Source of the DNA: Bdellovibrionota bacterium
GTDB lineage: Bacteria > Bdellovibrionota_C > UBA2361 > JAAYZI01
Assembly (NCBI GenBank): GCA_050950765.1
Contig: JBMNIF010000002.1
Location: forward strand, 480,001 to 544,000
Length of the DNA stretch: 64,000 nucleotides
Direction: 5' to 3'
Both the position numbers and the translations under genes were made by a program. How positions within the stretch are numbered: the stretch's first letter is position 1; each line of letters starts with the position of its first letter. The notes under the pieces are model-generated. The model did no database searches, was not told where the DNA came from, and saw nothing but the letters and a program-made list of their open reading frames with translations. This document shows, piece by piece, positions 19,031 to 29,467 of the stretch.

Positions 19031-20595
19031 CCCAAACTTTTCTGTGATTTACGTAACAATAAAGTAACATATTGTTATAACCTATAGAAATTTTTTAAAA
19101 ATTAACAAAAAAGGGGGTTGACTTTTTTGTTGTTTTGACATACGTATTTAGGTATGGGAAAGAAAGCAAAAATACACCCTGATTGGGCAACAAAATATCG
19201 AGAGAAAGGAAAAGAGGTACGTCTTATCAATGGGAGATATTACCTATATAGCTACAGCTATAAGTATGACCCTGAGAGGAAAAGGAGCGTGAAAGTTACT
19301 GGTAAATTACTTGGACGAATTACAGAAGAGGACGGTTTTATACCAAGTGAGAAGAGAAGCCTTGTACCTGCTGTGAATATTAAGTGCAGAGAGTATGGTT
19401 TATCTCAATTTATCCTCAATCAAAAAACAATTATTGAAAGACTTCGGTGTTATTTTCCAGATAAGTGGAAGGCTATTTTGCTGATGTCATACAGCAGGAT
19501 CAAACATTGCTCTCCTATTAAACGCATGAATGATGATTTTGAAAACAGTATGTTGAGTGAAAAACTTAATTTTCTTCTTAATAAGAAAGCTATTCCGAAT
19601 ATTTTGCAATCGATTGGGAAAGATGAATTTGCTCGTTCTGAATATATGAAGAGTTTTATTCATGGAAAAGATTTTTTGTTAATTGATTCTACATTTCTTA
19701 GAACATCTATGAGAAAGTCGAGTCTTGCTAAAGGAGGATATAATAAAGACCATTTTTGGGAAACGCAGGCGAGTTTGCTTTATATTTACTCTAAAAAATT
19801 GCAACAACCAGTCTATTATAGGTTATTGGCTGGGAATATAAGAGATGTAAAAGCTCTATCTTTAACTATCCAAGAATCAGAAATTGGTGATGCTACTATT
19901 ATTGCAGATAAGGGTTTCTATTCAGAGTCTAACGTTAAAGATCTTATAGAGAATAAACTTAGCTTTGTTATTCCATTGCGTAGAAATAGCTCTCTTATAG
20001 ACTATGATGGAATAGAAACAAGCAGGAACGTTATTGAATATAATAAAACGTACTTAAGATATAAAAAATATAAGATTGGGAATGGATTTATATATCTGTT
20101 TAGAGACCCGTTTTTAGCAGGTGAAGAGGAAAATAACTTAGTTTCATTAACAATATCTCATCCAGAAAAATACAATTTAACAGATGTTGATTTAAAAAAA
20201 GTGAGGCTAGGAACTGTTGCATTCTTTTCAAATTTGGACTCATCCGCAGAAGAAATATACACGTTATACAAAATGCGACTATCTATTGAACAATCTTTTG
20301 ATACGTTAAAAACTGTTTTAAAAGCAGATGCTTCATATATGAGTGATGATGATAAATTTCAGGGATGGATGTTCGTGAATCACATAGCAATACAGTGGAG
20401 CTATGAAATATTAAAAACAATAAAAAAACATAAACTTTCGACTTCAATATCATTAGAAGATGCTATCAGAAGGTTATCTGAAATTAAAAAAGTTAGGCTT
20501 GGGGACTCTTGGTATTTAGCCGAGCAAACTAAAGCAGAGCTAAAAATAGCCGAACTGTTACTTACTTAACATACGTAAAAAGGGGAAAGTTTGGG
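19031..20595 (+). mobile_element. Insertion sequence, IS1634-like (IS4 superfamily DDE), 1565 bp
   Basis: Terminal IRs CCCAAACTTT.../...AAAGTTTGGG; 6 bp target duplication TTTAAG at 19025-19030 and 20596-20601; second copy at 62673. Confidence 0.9.
19154..20569 (+). CDS. DDE transposase, IS1634-like
   Basis: LIDST, IADKGFYS and YKMRLSIEQSF (Y-2-R-3-E) motifs. Confidence 0.9.
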   Translation: MGKKAKIHPDWATKYREKGKEVRLINGRYYLYSYSYKYDPERKRSVKVTGKLLGRITEEDGFIPSEKRSLVPAVNIKCREYGLSQFILNQKTIIERLRCYFPDKWKAILLMSYSRIKHCSPIKRMNDDFENSMLSEKLNFLLNKKAIPNILQSIGKDEFARSEYMKSFIHGKDFLLIDSTFLRTSMRKSSLAKGGYNKDHFWETQASLLYIYSKKLQQPVYYRLLAGNIRDVKALSLTIQESEIGDATIIADKGFYSESNVKDLIENKLSFVIPLRRNSSLIDYDGIETSRNVIEYNKTYLRYKKYKIGNGFIYLFRDPFLAGEEENNLVSLTISHPEKYNLTDVDLKKVRLGTVAFFSNLDSSAEEIYTLYKMRLSIEQSFDTLKTVLKADASYMSDDDKFQGWMFVNHIAIQWSYEILKTIKKHKLSTSISLEDAIRRLSEIKKVRLGDSWYLAEQTKAELKIAELLLT

Positions 20596-20692
20596 TTTAA
20601 GTTATTTATATCATTCTTTTAATTCAAATTGTGCTATAACGGCTTTTTCCCGTCGTAATAGAGAGCTATATGTTGTTATTTAGGAGGTTCGT

Positions 20693-20875
20693 ATGAGTTT
20701 TGAAAATAACACACCGGAAACTATCTCTGTAACCCCATCTACCGCAGAAGAAGCTTTACAGATACGCATTATCCTCAATCAAGAACACTCCAACGAAGAT
20801 GATATTATCTCTATGCCGACCTATATTCCGGAGTACAGTGCAGAATATATCTCTCCTGTCTGTAACTGGGGATAA
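20693..20875 (+). CDS. Small acidic hypothetical protein
   Basis: Strong AGGAGG RBS upstream of the ATG. Confidence 0.5.
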   Translation: MSFENNTPETISVTPSTAEEALQIRIILNQEHSNEDDIISMPTYIPEYSAEYISPVCNWG

Positions 20876-21067
20876 ATTTTTATTAAGCTTCTATTAAGCA
20901 CACCTAAAAGTAACGCTAAAAAATACTTCCGTCTTACAAGGTGCTACCTTAAGGTTTTATAACGTCCTTATCAGATAGCTAAATAAATCTTTTTAGCGGA
21001 TCTATTTTACCACGCAATCGTCATAAAAAACGTTAAACTAACAACCTTCCTAGCGTTACAAAAAAAC

Positions 21068-22228
21068 TTATTTAGCGGACTTACTTACCACTCCGTACTT
21101 ATCCAAAGTCTCCTGACTGATCTGTCCTATATGGATGTTATTATCCACAACAAAAACTGGAGTCCCCTGAATTTGTAAAGCTATCCCAGCATCAATATCT
21201 TTCTTTAGCTCTGCCTCACTCTCTTTAGACTCCATACAGTGCTTTAAACTTTTTACATTTAACTTTAAAGAGGTTGCGATCTTTTCAATACGCTCCTGCA
21301 CGGTGCCATCATAAGCATTAAAATCATATAAAAGATCATTCATCTCCCAGAAGTGACTCTGTTTACCAGCACAGATAGCAGCCTTAGCCATCTCACAGGC
21401 ACCATCATGAAAACTTCCTTGAACGAGAGGATTACAAGCACGATCCAACGGAAAGTGTCGGTGAATCAGGGTGATAGTATCCGGATTATCTTTAATTACT
21501 GTACGTAGATTTTGATGACCTCTCTTACAATGTGAGCACATATAATCGCTAAACTCTTCGACTACCATCTTGCCATCTTCAACCCCAATCCACGGCAACC
21601 CCTGCGCAGTATAACCGTATGTCCCGATCTCTGCAGAGTGTTTCTTGTTCCAATAGTTAGGAAAACCAACAATCATTAAGGTAGTAATTACAATAAATAT
21701 AGCGCTCAAAGAGCTCTCCTGCCCCAAGAAAGAAAACGGTGCAGAAAAAGCCTTTTTTAACGGTATCTTATGCTTCCACCACTCAAGCGCCACTACAATT
21801 AAAAGGATTAGATTAATTCCATACGTTATCGAACAGTAAAGGCAGAACGAACAGATCACGCAGTACGAAATAAGCGCCAAAAAAAGGCTGACTAAAACTG
21901 CAGCACAACAACACAACGCTAAAATAATAAAAGAGGTCTCTGATTTTTTACGATAACAGACAATAAGTAGCGAAAGCATAAAGAGATAACCGATCACCCC
22001 CCAACCCGCTACGGGCACCCCTAGCACCACCGAATACTGACTCTCCGCAACGGTCTCGCAATTAAAAGAGTCACTCATAGCACAAAAGCTTTGAAAGGAC
22101 GGATTGGTATGAACTTGATGATGAAGCCTTGCTAAAGCGATCGCAAAAGCTAAACCCGCCAAACAGAGGCACGCTATTAAAACGGTACTAACGGTACTTA
22201 AAGTAAAAGATTGTGATTTCTGTTGCAT
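21068..22228 (-). CDS. VKOR-DsbA/thioredoxin fusion
   Basis: VKOR CAMSDSFNC and CLYC motifs; thioredoxin CSHC and GTP cis-Pro loop. Confidence 0.9.
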   Translation of the reverse strand: MQQKSQSFTLSTVSTVLIACLCLAGLAFAIALARLHHQVHTNPSFQSFCAMSDSFNCETVAESQYSVVLGVPVAGWGVIGYLFMLSLLIVCYRKKSETSFIILALCCCAAVLVSLFLALISYCVICSFCLYCSITYGINLILLIVVALEWWKHKIPLKKAFSAPFSFLGQESSLSAIFIVITTLMIVGFPNYWNKKHSAEIGTYGYTAQGLPWIGVEDGKMVVEEFSDYMCSHCKRGHQNLRTVIKDNPDTITLIHRHFPLDRACNPLVQGSFHDGACEMAKAAICAGKQSHFWEMNDLLYDFNAYDGTVQERIEKIATSLKLNVKSLKHCMESKESEAELKKDIDAGIALQIQGTPVFVVDNNIHIGQISQETLDKYGVVSKSAK

Positions 22229-22390
22229 TGTATTCTCTAATCTAGAAAAAAACCTAATTCTGCTAAGACTTATAGCACTTAAGTATACTGTCTTAAAACA
22301 GAAAAAATTAAAACTTGGCGATCTTATTACATATTTAGTGCTACCAAACCCTAACGGAAAAACAATTCCTGACTTCCAAGCCTAAACATT

Positions 22391-22606
22391 TTTTACCTCC
22401 GTAGAAACCTAGCCGATTCGTTTTTCAGTATCAGCCCGTTCAAGCGTCCTTAGAGAGTGGCTCCTTTTACCTCCGTAGAAACCTAGCCGATTCGTTTTTT
22501 AGTATCAGCCCGTTCAGTTGTCCTTAAAGAGTTTTTACCTCCGTTAAGATCTAGCCGATTCGCTTTTTAGTATCAGCCCGTTCTAATGTCTCTGAAGGGT
22601 GGCTCC
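22391..22606 (+). repeat. Dispersed intergenic repeat family, 3 tandem copies
   Basis: Core TTTTACCTCCGTAGAAACCTAGCCGATTCGTTTTT(C/T)AGTATCAGCCCGTTC. Confidence 0.9.
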
Positions 22607-22687
22607 TTTATCTCTAAAGACTTAAAAACAGAACTTAATTTAAAAATATAGTAAAATCAATATGTTAAGCTATTAAATTAGCGGCCC

Positions 22688-23116
22688 CTAACGCATCGCC
22701 CTAATTGATCTCGGAGTATCCTTATTAGCAGTAGCACTTAAAACATCGCTAAAGATATCTTTTAACGGAACATCGGTTTCACCCTCTTCTACAACACCAT
22801 CATCTTCAAACTCTTCACGGTGAGGAGGTACCTCCTTATCCTCCAAATCGTTCGCTGCCCCCTCTTCCTCCTTATCTTCCTGATCTAAAACAACTTTACC
22901 CTCCCTAAAACGCACCGATCCATCTTTATAAAACCAAATCGCCTCTCTTTTTACCTCATATTCCCGCTTTTCTTCTGGTGCCCCCAAGAGCGTAATAACC
23001 TCCCCATACGACATCCCTTCCGTTATTTTATCTACGGCTGCACCTTGAGCGGAGCTACTCCAGACAAAACACAAAACGATACAAGCGATAAATACTTTTT
23101 TCTTTAAAGAGACCAT
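22688..23116 (-). CDS. Exported protein with SmpA/OmlA (BamE-like) motif
   Basis: Signal peptide from MVSLKKK; GMSYGEVITLLGAP...WFY. Start moved from 23179 to avoid overlap with the divergent gene. Confidence 0.6.
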   Translation of the reverse strand: MVSLKKKVFIACIVLCFVWSSSAQGAAVDKITEGMSYGEVITLLGAPEEKREYEVKREAIWFYKDGSVRFREGKVVLDQEDKEEEGAANDLEDKEVPPHREEFEDDGVVEEGETDVPLKDIFSDVLSATANKDTPRSIRAMR

Positions 23117-23192
23117 AAAAACCGATCGCTCAAAAACAAGAGTGACGTTATACTTGACGAAAACAGAGCGTACGTACAAGATAGCACCGTTT

Positions 23193-24584
23193 ATGATACA
23201 ACGATGTAGTATTTCAACAAAAGCCCCTTTTGCGGTAATCGCACCTATTGTTGCGATTTTAATACCGCTCTTTATGCCGTTACGCCTTTCACTGGTATAC
23301 GGTGTTCTAATTCCGACACTACTTTTATGGTTTTACACCAATCGCACCACCCTCAAAGAGCGTTATCAGGGAAATCAGATCTTAAAAAGCTTCCACCTTT
23401 TCTTACTAATGACCTTTATAAGTTCATTTTTTGGAATAAACCCGTACCAGAGTTGGCAAGCTCTTTTTAGTCTCTTTTTCTTCTCATTCACCATCTTGCT
23501 ATTTGAAGATTTAACGCACCGCTTCTCCGCTATCTACCTAATAATACCACTACTGTGCGGACAAGCGCTAGCTGCCCTGCACTCCGTTATTGAAGGTGGA
23601 TTGGGGGGTAATTTAAAAAGATTTTTTGTCGGCACTGTTAGCGAATCAGGTCAGATCGCTTTAACATTAACGGTAGGAGTTGCCGTTGCCTATGTTATAT
23701 CAAAACAGAGTAAACAGGCGGGGACTCTTCAGTATTTTTCTCCAATTATATTTTTTATCCTCTCCTCCTTAGTTGCATTTAATCCACAACTAAACACCCC
23801 CTATCCACTTTTCTTAATCGCCGTAGCACTAACCGCTTTTATTACCTTTTACGCCATTTATGTAGCGCTTCGATATCTAATCACCACCGGTCGAAATTTT
23901 AATAAAGGATCTGATGCCACCCCTTTTAATGGCACAAAGACACCCCCAACTTATCCCGTAAAATTAAAGTTAGCCTTAAACACAACTATTTTACCGTTAA
24001 TTACCTGCGCATTACTGGTAAATTTAAAACGGGGTCCGTGGTTCGGTGTCTTAGTAGGGTTAACGATCTTTTTTACTTTTTTTAAACGCCGAATTGTTAT
24101 CCCGTTATTTCTCTTCGCCGTTATCTTACTTCTAGCCATCACCCCGCTACGCACCCGTTTAGGAGATTCCATTCAAGACTTCAACATCTCAGGGGGACGT
24201 AACATTATGTGGAAGATCGGCATGGAGTTATCAACTCGCTATCCACTCGGCATCGGTTTTAACAATAGTGAATACCTACAACGTTTTTCAGCTGAGATCC
24301 CAAAAACGCATCAACACTTTCACAACAATTTTATCAATATCTTAGTAGAGTGCGGTTTTTTTTCATTCTTCTTCTTTTTATATTGGCTTCTTCAAATTTG
24401 TAAAAAAGCCTTTAACTCCAACACTAACTCTAAATACAATAAGGCGCTGCAGGTCGGGCTGGGTTGCGCTTTAATAGCTATGATGAGCGCTGGGCTTGTA
24501 GAGTATAATTTTGGAGATAGTGAGGTGTGTATTCTACTACTTATTTTAACAGGCATCTTATCAGGTATAAAAGACACTCCTTAG
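23193..24584 (+). CDS. O-antigen ligase / Wzy_C family membrane protein
   Basis: Many TM helices; KRGPWFG, GRNIMWK, PLGIG, HFHNNFINILVECG. Start uncertain (23142 or 23193). Confidence 0.85.
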   Translation: MIQRCSISTKAPFAVIAPIVAILIPLFMPLRLSLVYGVLIPTLLLWFYTNRTTLKERYQGNQILKSFHLFLLMTFISSFFGINPYQSWQALFSLFFFSFTILLFEDLTHRFSAIYLIIPLLCGQALAALHSVIEGGLGGNLKRFFVGTVSESGQIALTLTVGVAVAYVISKQSKQAGTLQYFSPIIFFILSSLVAFNPQLNTPYPLFLIAVALTAFITFYAIYVALRYLITTGRNFNKGSDATPFNGTKTPPTYPVKLKLALNTTILPLITCALLVNLKRGPWFGVLVGLTIFFTFFKRRIVIPLFLFAVILLLAITPLRTRLGDSIQDFNISGGRNIMWKIGMELSTRYPLGIGFNNSEYLQRFSAEIPKTHQHFHNNFINILVECGFFSFFFFLYWLLQICKKAFNSNTNSKYNKALQVGLGCALIAMMSAGLVEYNFGDSEVCILLLILTGILSGIKDTP

Positions 24585-24632
24585 CAGTAAGCCGTTTGAA
24601 AAGAATACATTATTTTATTCAATGTAAGGCAC

Positions 24633-26351
24633 CTATTCAGGTAACCCTAACTCTTTTCTAAGTATGAGCACCCTCTCATACGTTTCAGAAAATTCAATAA
24701 ATTTACGGCTATCTTCTTCACTTTGATTAGGATGAGTATCAGGGTGTAACTTTTTAGCTACTCCACGATAGGCAGCTTTTATGGCTTTTGTATCAGCATC
24801 TCTATCCAAGCCAAGCTTATCTAAGCCGTGCAAGTACTCTTGCAAGAGAGGGTTAGTACGTAAGCCAGCAGTTGCCATGCTATCAATAAAAAGTGGACGA
24901 TCAATACTCTCATTATCTTGCAGATGATCTTGCGGGGGGCGCGATTCTTTAGGGTGTGACCTCTTTATCTTAGGATCTTTTATAATACGTAACGTAACTA
25001 CAAAAAGCACAACAAATAAAACTACTAAAAGTAATACCTTCCAACCGGAAAAATAAAATAGAAAGCGGATCTTATCTACAAAGCTAAGGGATGTTTGCAT
25101 TTCAGATCTCTTCCAACGAGCTTCTGGTATCTGATTATTTTTTACAAAGAAACGGATATGCTCCGATCTTAAAGCATCATTTCTTTTATCAGGATCAAGG
25201 CGTAACTGTATAATTGCAGAAAAGAGGTGTTCAGCAGAGGCTCCTCTGTTATCAGCCAAAGCCAAATGAAATTGTAACTCCAAAAAATTTAAGAAGACCT
25301 CCTTTAAAGCTGCATCTTTCAACGCCAAATCTACGAATAAAGCGGTCTCAGTATTATCAATAACAACCGTAAGATTTTTTTTCACGATCTCTTCAAAACA
25401 ATTCTTTGAGAGCAGATGCGTTGTTTCCGTCCTCCATCTCGGATCGATCATAGCTAACACCTTTAAGGCTTCCTTATAATCGTGCCGCGACAAGGCATCT
25501 TCTGCATTATCATGGATAGCAGAAACTAAAAACGGTGTTAAATTCTTCGCTATTTGTTGGTCTTTTTTAGCTAAATCAATTAAGGCATGCAGCGCCAAAA
25601 ACTCTCCATGCCTCATCTGCTCTGAAGCACTTCGAATCTGCTTTAGGATAGTAAGATGCTTTTGATAATTTAAATCATCCTTCCCAAAAACGCTCTCTTC
25701 TAGCCGTAAAATTTTAGTTGCTGCTTTAAAATTTTTATTCTTTACAGCATCTGCATATTCACTGGCGATCACATCTTTTAAACTTTTTGTAACTTGATTA
25801 AGTTGCTTCCCAAAACTCTTTTTAACCCATGCAGAATCTTGCATGCCAACAGAGAGAACTAAATTAGCTGCCAGCATCGGATATTTAAAAAGATCCTTAG
25901 ACGATAAAAGTAGGTACTGATACAACTTAATGAGACCTTTTGCAGCGCTATCATTTAAAGACTTTACAAAACTAATCCCGTCCTCTTCATAAAATGAAGG
26001 GTGCTTAAGATAAGCGTTCATCCCGAGAGCCGCTCTTGTTAACCTTGAAGAGGAAAGGGCGTTATTTATATATTTTTTCAGTTGTAGAACTGTCAGTTCT
26101 TTATCATTTTTAAAATAGAAACTTGCGATATAGTCATCAACATGTTTGGCATTGATAATTTTAGAAATATCGTCAATGGTAACTTTAACAGTACCATCTT
26201 TAAGCTCTACGATCTCATCAACTTCAAAGGGAATGCCTTCAATAATTCGAATCTCTGCCGAAGCCGAAAGAGGAGCTAAAAGAGAGAGGACTCCCCCAAT
26301 AAACATGGAAACAAAGAAAAAAATCTGTAACCGCCGCATTAAGATCCTCAT
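24633..26351 (-). CDS. Membrane protein with C-terminal DnaJ (J) domain
   Basis: Signal peptide, large helical region, TM, then IKAAYRGVAKKLHPD. Confidence 0.8.
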   Translation of the reverse strand: MRILMRRLQIFFFVSMFIGGVLSLLAPLSASAEIRIIEGIPFEVDEIVELKDGTVKVTIDDISKIINAKHVDDYIASFYFKNDKELTVLQLKKYINNALSSSRLTRAALGMNAYLKHPSFYEEDGISFVKSLNDSAAKGLIKLYQYLLLSSKDLFKYPMLAANLVLSVGMQDSAWVKKSFGKQLNQVTKSLKDVIASEYADAVKNKNFKAATKILRLEESVFGKDDLNYQKHLTILKQIRSASEQMRHGEFLALHALIDLAKKDQQIAKNLTPFLVSAIHDNAEDALSRHDYKEALKVLAMIDPRWRTETTHLLSKNCFEEIVKKNLTVVIDNTETALFVDLALKDAALKEVFLNFLELQFHLALADNRGASAEHLFSAIIQLRLDPDKRNDALRSEHIRFFVKNNQIPEARWKRSEMQTSLSFVDKIRFLFYFSGWKVLLLVVLFVVLFVVTLRIIKDPKIKRSHPKESRPPQDHLQDNESIDRPLFIDSMATAGLRTNPLLQEYLHGLDKLGLDRDADTKAIKAAYRGVAKKLHPDTHPNQSEEDSRKFIEFSETYERVLILRKELGLPE

Positions 26352-26451
26352 AACCTATATTTTATGCACCCACTGAGACCTTAAAGCAACGCGTCTCAAG
26401 CATAAAAGATAACCCGTTCATGCCGTTCTGTAAAACCGTAAAAATGCACGA

Positions 26452-27480
26452 TTATCGTTTATTTTTTCTGAGATATCCGAACACCCCAAGAGTCAATTCA
26501 GGTTGCAACTCTGAATCGGTCTCAATATTAAGCGCACCTCGTAATTCTTTTTTTATCCTCTTGGGATCAATCATTACAGTTATCTCGTACTCTTTTCCAG
26601 GTATCAAGGTACGATAGGCGGCTTTGATAGCAGAGCTATCACTATCTAAATCAGTAATACTAACTGGAGTATCGCCGTTATTTTTTAGGTAGATCTTTTT
26701 TACGATAACGCCTGCGGCAACGTTTATAGCGCCCAAAGAGAGAGTTTTACGAGAAAGCTCTAAAGCATTCTTAACCACTGCAAAAGAGGGCAGATTAACG
26801 CTACGTCCACCGTTTAAAGCTATAACAACCCTATCCCTTAATTCACCGATCTTAATATCTTCACTTAAAGAGACAAAAAATGTTTTTTGCGTCTCACTCC
26901 CTTGAATACCTTCAACCACTAAGCCTTTCGAAAAACTTTTTATAGCACCTATCTTTATATTTTCACCTTCCCTAATCGAAACAGTAACCTTTCGTGGCGG
27001 CGGAAGTCTTTCACCTTTTATAACACTTCCCCAATTAAGATAGGCAGGCACAACAGAAACTTTCGGAACGACAACGCCTTTTAAAGTAAAAGTATCATCA
27101 GATCTAACACTCTCATTCGTAAAAACTACCATCTCTCTTTGTACACTTCCGCGCAGACCTGCTGTTTTCAACTGAATAGAGATCGTCGCTGTTTCTCCAG
27201 GTAAGATCGGCGCAGTCGGAACATCTGTTGCGATACAACTACAACCCGCCACTACTCTCTCTATCCTTAAATCAGCATCTCCCACATTTTTTACTGTAAA
27301 GTCGTGGTTGATAACTGCTCCCTCATTAACAACACCGAAATCAAACTCCGTAACGGAGATCACCATTTCCGGTTGAAGAGAGAAAGCCGGTAAGGCAAAA
27401 AAGATCGTAAAAAGAAAGGGGATACTTAATTGGATTTTAGCTCGCTGCATTTTCAGTCTCTGCAAAAACATCGTGTTCAT
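26452..27480 (-). CDS. DUF1573 / Ig-like repeat exported protein
   Basis: FDFGVV...FTVKNVGDADLRI..VVAGCSC..PILPGE; true start possibly ~27450. Confidence 0.8.
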   Translation of the reverse strand: MNTMFLQRLKMQRAKIQLSIPFLFTIFFALPAFSLQPEMVISVTEFDFGVVNEGAVINHDFTVKNVGDADLRIERVVAGCSCIATDVPTAPILPGETATISIQLKTAGLRGSVQREMVVFTNESVRSDDTFTLKGVVVPKVSVVPAYLNWGSVIKGERLPPPRKVTVSIREGENIKIGAIKSFSKGLVVEGIQGSETQKTFFVSLSEDIKIGELRDRVVIALNGGRSVNLPSFAVVKNALELSRKTLSLGAINVAAGVIVKKIYLKNNGDTPVSITDLDSDSSAIKAAYRTLIPGKEYEITVMIDPKRIKKELRGALNIETDSELQPELTLGVFGYLRKNKR

Positions 27481-28816
27481 CTAAAAACTTAGTATAAAAA
27501 GTACCGTTTCTAAAATCAGGATGCATTAAGATGCGTCGATGCAATTCAATATTAGTTTTTATCCCTTCAATGATATACTCATCAAGGGCTACCAACATCT
27601 TCTGAATACAGACATCCCTATTTTCGGCACGCACAATCAACTTTGCTATTAGAGAATCATAAAACGGCAGGACGTGATAACCTTTGTAAACAGCAGAATC
27701 TACCCTGACCCCATGTCCACCAGGGGCGTGATACGATTCTATAACACCTGGTGAAGGAATTCTGGTGTGCGGATCTTCTGCATTTATTCTGGCTTCAATA
27801 GCGTGACCACTAATTCTGATATCGTTCTGAACATACGACAACTCTCGTCCGGCAGCTATTAAGATCTGCTCCTTAACAAGATCAGTATCAGTAACGCACT
27901 CTGTGACGGGGTGTTCAACCTGCAATCTGGTATTCATCTCAATAAAGAAAAACTCTTCGGTTTCAGGATTAACGAGAAACTCCACCGTTCCAAGACTTGA
28001 ATAATTAACAGACTTAGCTAGTTCAATAGCAGCGTTTTGTAACTTATTCACTAACGCTTGTGGCAAACCTGGAGAAGGAGACTCCTCCAAAACCTTCTGA
28101 TACTTGCGCTGCATTGAACAATCACGAACGCCTAAATGAATTACATTTTGAAACCTATCCCCTGCTACCTGCACCTCGACGTGGCGCACCTTCGGCATAT
28201 AACGTTCAATTAAAAGGTGACCATCGCCGAAAGCTGCCGTCACTTCATTAGAGGCTGTTTTAAAAATGGCTGCAAACTCGTCGGAATTCTTTACAATCTT
28301 CATCCCTCTGCCGCCACCACCTGCGCACGCCTTTAAAATTATCGGATACCCCACCTCTTCAGCAATAGGTAAAGCTTCCTCTAACTCCAAAACAGCTTTG
28401 CTGTTACCAGGAATAGTTGGCACCCCGATCTTCTCTGCTGCACGCCGCGCTTTAGCTTTATCTCCCATGATACGCATATTACGCACTGTTGGTCCGATAA
28501 ATGTGATGCCGCAACTACCACACGCCTCTGCAAAAGCTGCATTCTCCGAGAGAAAGCCGTATCCAGGGTGAATAGCCTCAACGCCTGTTGCTACGGCAGC
28601 AGACATAATTGAAGCGGCGTTTAAATAGCTATCTTTAGCTGCCGTTGGTCCAATACAAACAGACTCCGTTGCTAATTTTACATGCAGGGCATCAATATCA
28701 GGCACTGAATGAATGGCAACTGTTTTTATCCCCAACTCATGACAGGCACGAATAATGCGTAGAGCTACCTCACCACGGTTTGCAATAAGAATTTTATTAA
28801 ATGGTGGTTTCGTCAC
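27437..28816 (-). CDS. accC: Biotin carboxylase
   Basis: KILIANRGE, HPGYGFLSEN, GGGGRGM, EMNTRLQVEH. Confidence 0.96.
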   Translation of the reverse strand: MTKPPFNKILIANRGEVALRIIRACHELGIKTVAIHSVPDIDALHVKLATESVCIGPTAAKDSYLNAASIMSAAVATGVEAIHPGYGFLSENAAFAEACGSCGITFIGPTVRNMRIMGDKAKARRAAEKIGVPTIPGNSKAVLELEEALPIAEEVGYPIILKACAGGGGRGMKIVKNSDEFAAIFKTASNEVTAAFGDGHLLIERYMPKVRHVEVQVAGDRFQNVIHLGVRDCSMQRKYQKVLEESPSPGLPQALVNKLQNAAIELAKSVNYSSLGTVEFLVNPETEEFFFIEMNTRLQVEHPVTECVTDTDLVKEQILIAAGRELSYVQNDIRISGHAIEARINAEDPHTRIPSPGVIESYHAPGGHGVRVDSAVYKGYHVLPFYDSLIAKLIVRAENRDVCIQKMLVALDEYIIEGIKTNIELHRRILMHPDFRNGTFYTKFLDEHDVFAETENAAS

Positions 28817-28831
28817 AGAACTTCCTATTTA

Positions 28832-29290
28832 TTAATTAGGACGAATTAAAAACAGAACCTCTCCGTATTCAACAACCTGCCCTTCCGAGAGAAAGATCTT
28901 CTCGATAACGCCATCACTTGGAGCATCTATCTCATTCATAAACTTCATCGCTTCAACGATACACAAAGTATCTCCCTTTTTAACTTGAGAGCCAACCCTC
29001 ACAAAGGGCTCTGCATCGGGCGAAGGACGACTGTAATAATTCCCCACAATAGGAGACTCAACCTTTAGAAGATCGTCATCTTCAACAGAGCTTGCAACAC
29101 CCTCATCAGAGATTAGTTCAGCTGCCTGATCACTTCTAGGCACGTTCCTATCCCGTCTTAATCCAGTAGTAGAAGAGGCACCCACCGCTCGCACAATCCT
29201 AATGTTTGTATCACCGTGCTCCAGAGCGAGCTCTCTAACTGCCGTTTTCTCCAGAATCTGAATTATCTTTTCCAACTCATCAATATTCAT
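28832..29290 (-). CDS. accB: Biotin carboxyl carrier protein
   Basis: EAMKFMNEI biotinylation motif. Confidence 0.95.
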   Translation of the reverse strand: MNIDELEKIIQILEKTAVRELALEHGDTNIRIVRAVGASSTTGLRRDRNVPRSDQAAELISDEGVASSVEDDDLLKVESPIVGNYYSRPSPDAEPFVRVGSQVKKGDTLCIVEAMKFMNEIDAPSDGVIEKIFLSEGQVVEYGEVLFLIRPN

Positions 29291-29467
29291 AAGATTCCAT
29301 TAGTAATTGTTGCTTATAATCATAGAAGCTTCATTATTTTTAAACTTACTAAAAATATCAGCCGCCGGAGTAGTTACTCCTATAAGAATTTAAAAAACAT
29401 AACTTCTCACTTTTACACAGATTTGCAAATATTTCCAGCATCTGCAAAAAAAAGGAAACGGTCATTA

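Noticed and set aside
22391..22606. CRISPR mini-array from the dispersed repeat
   Set aside because: Linkers are short and related to one another, and copies are scattered in both orientations.
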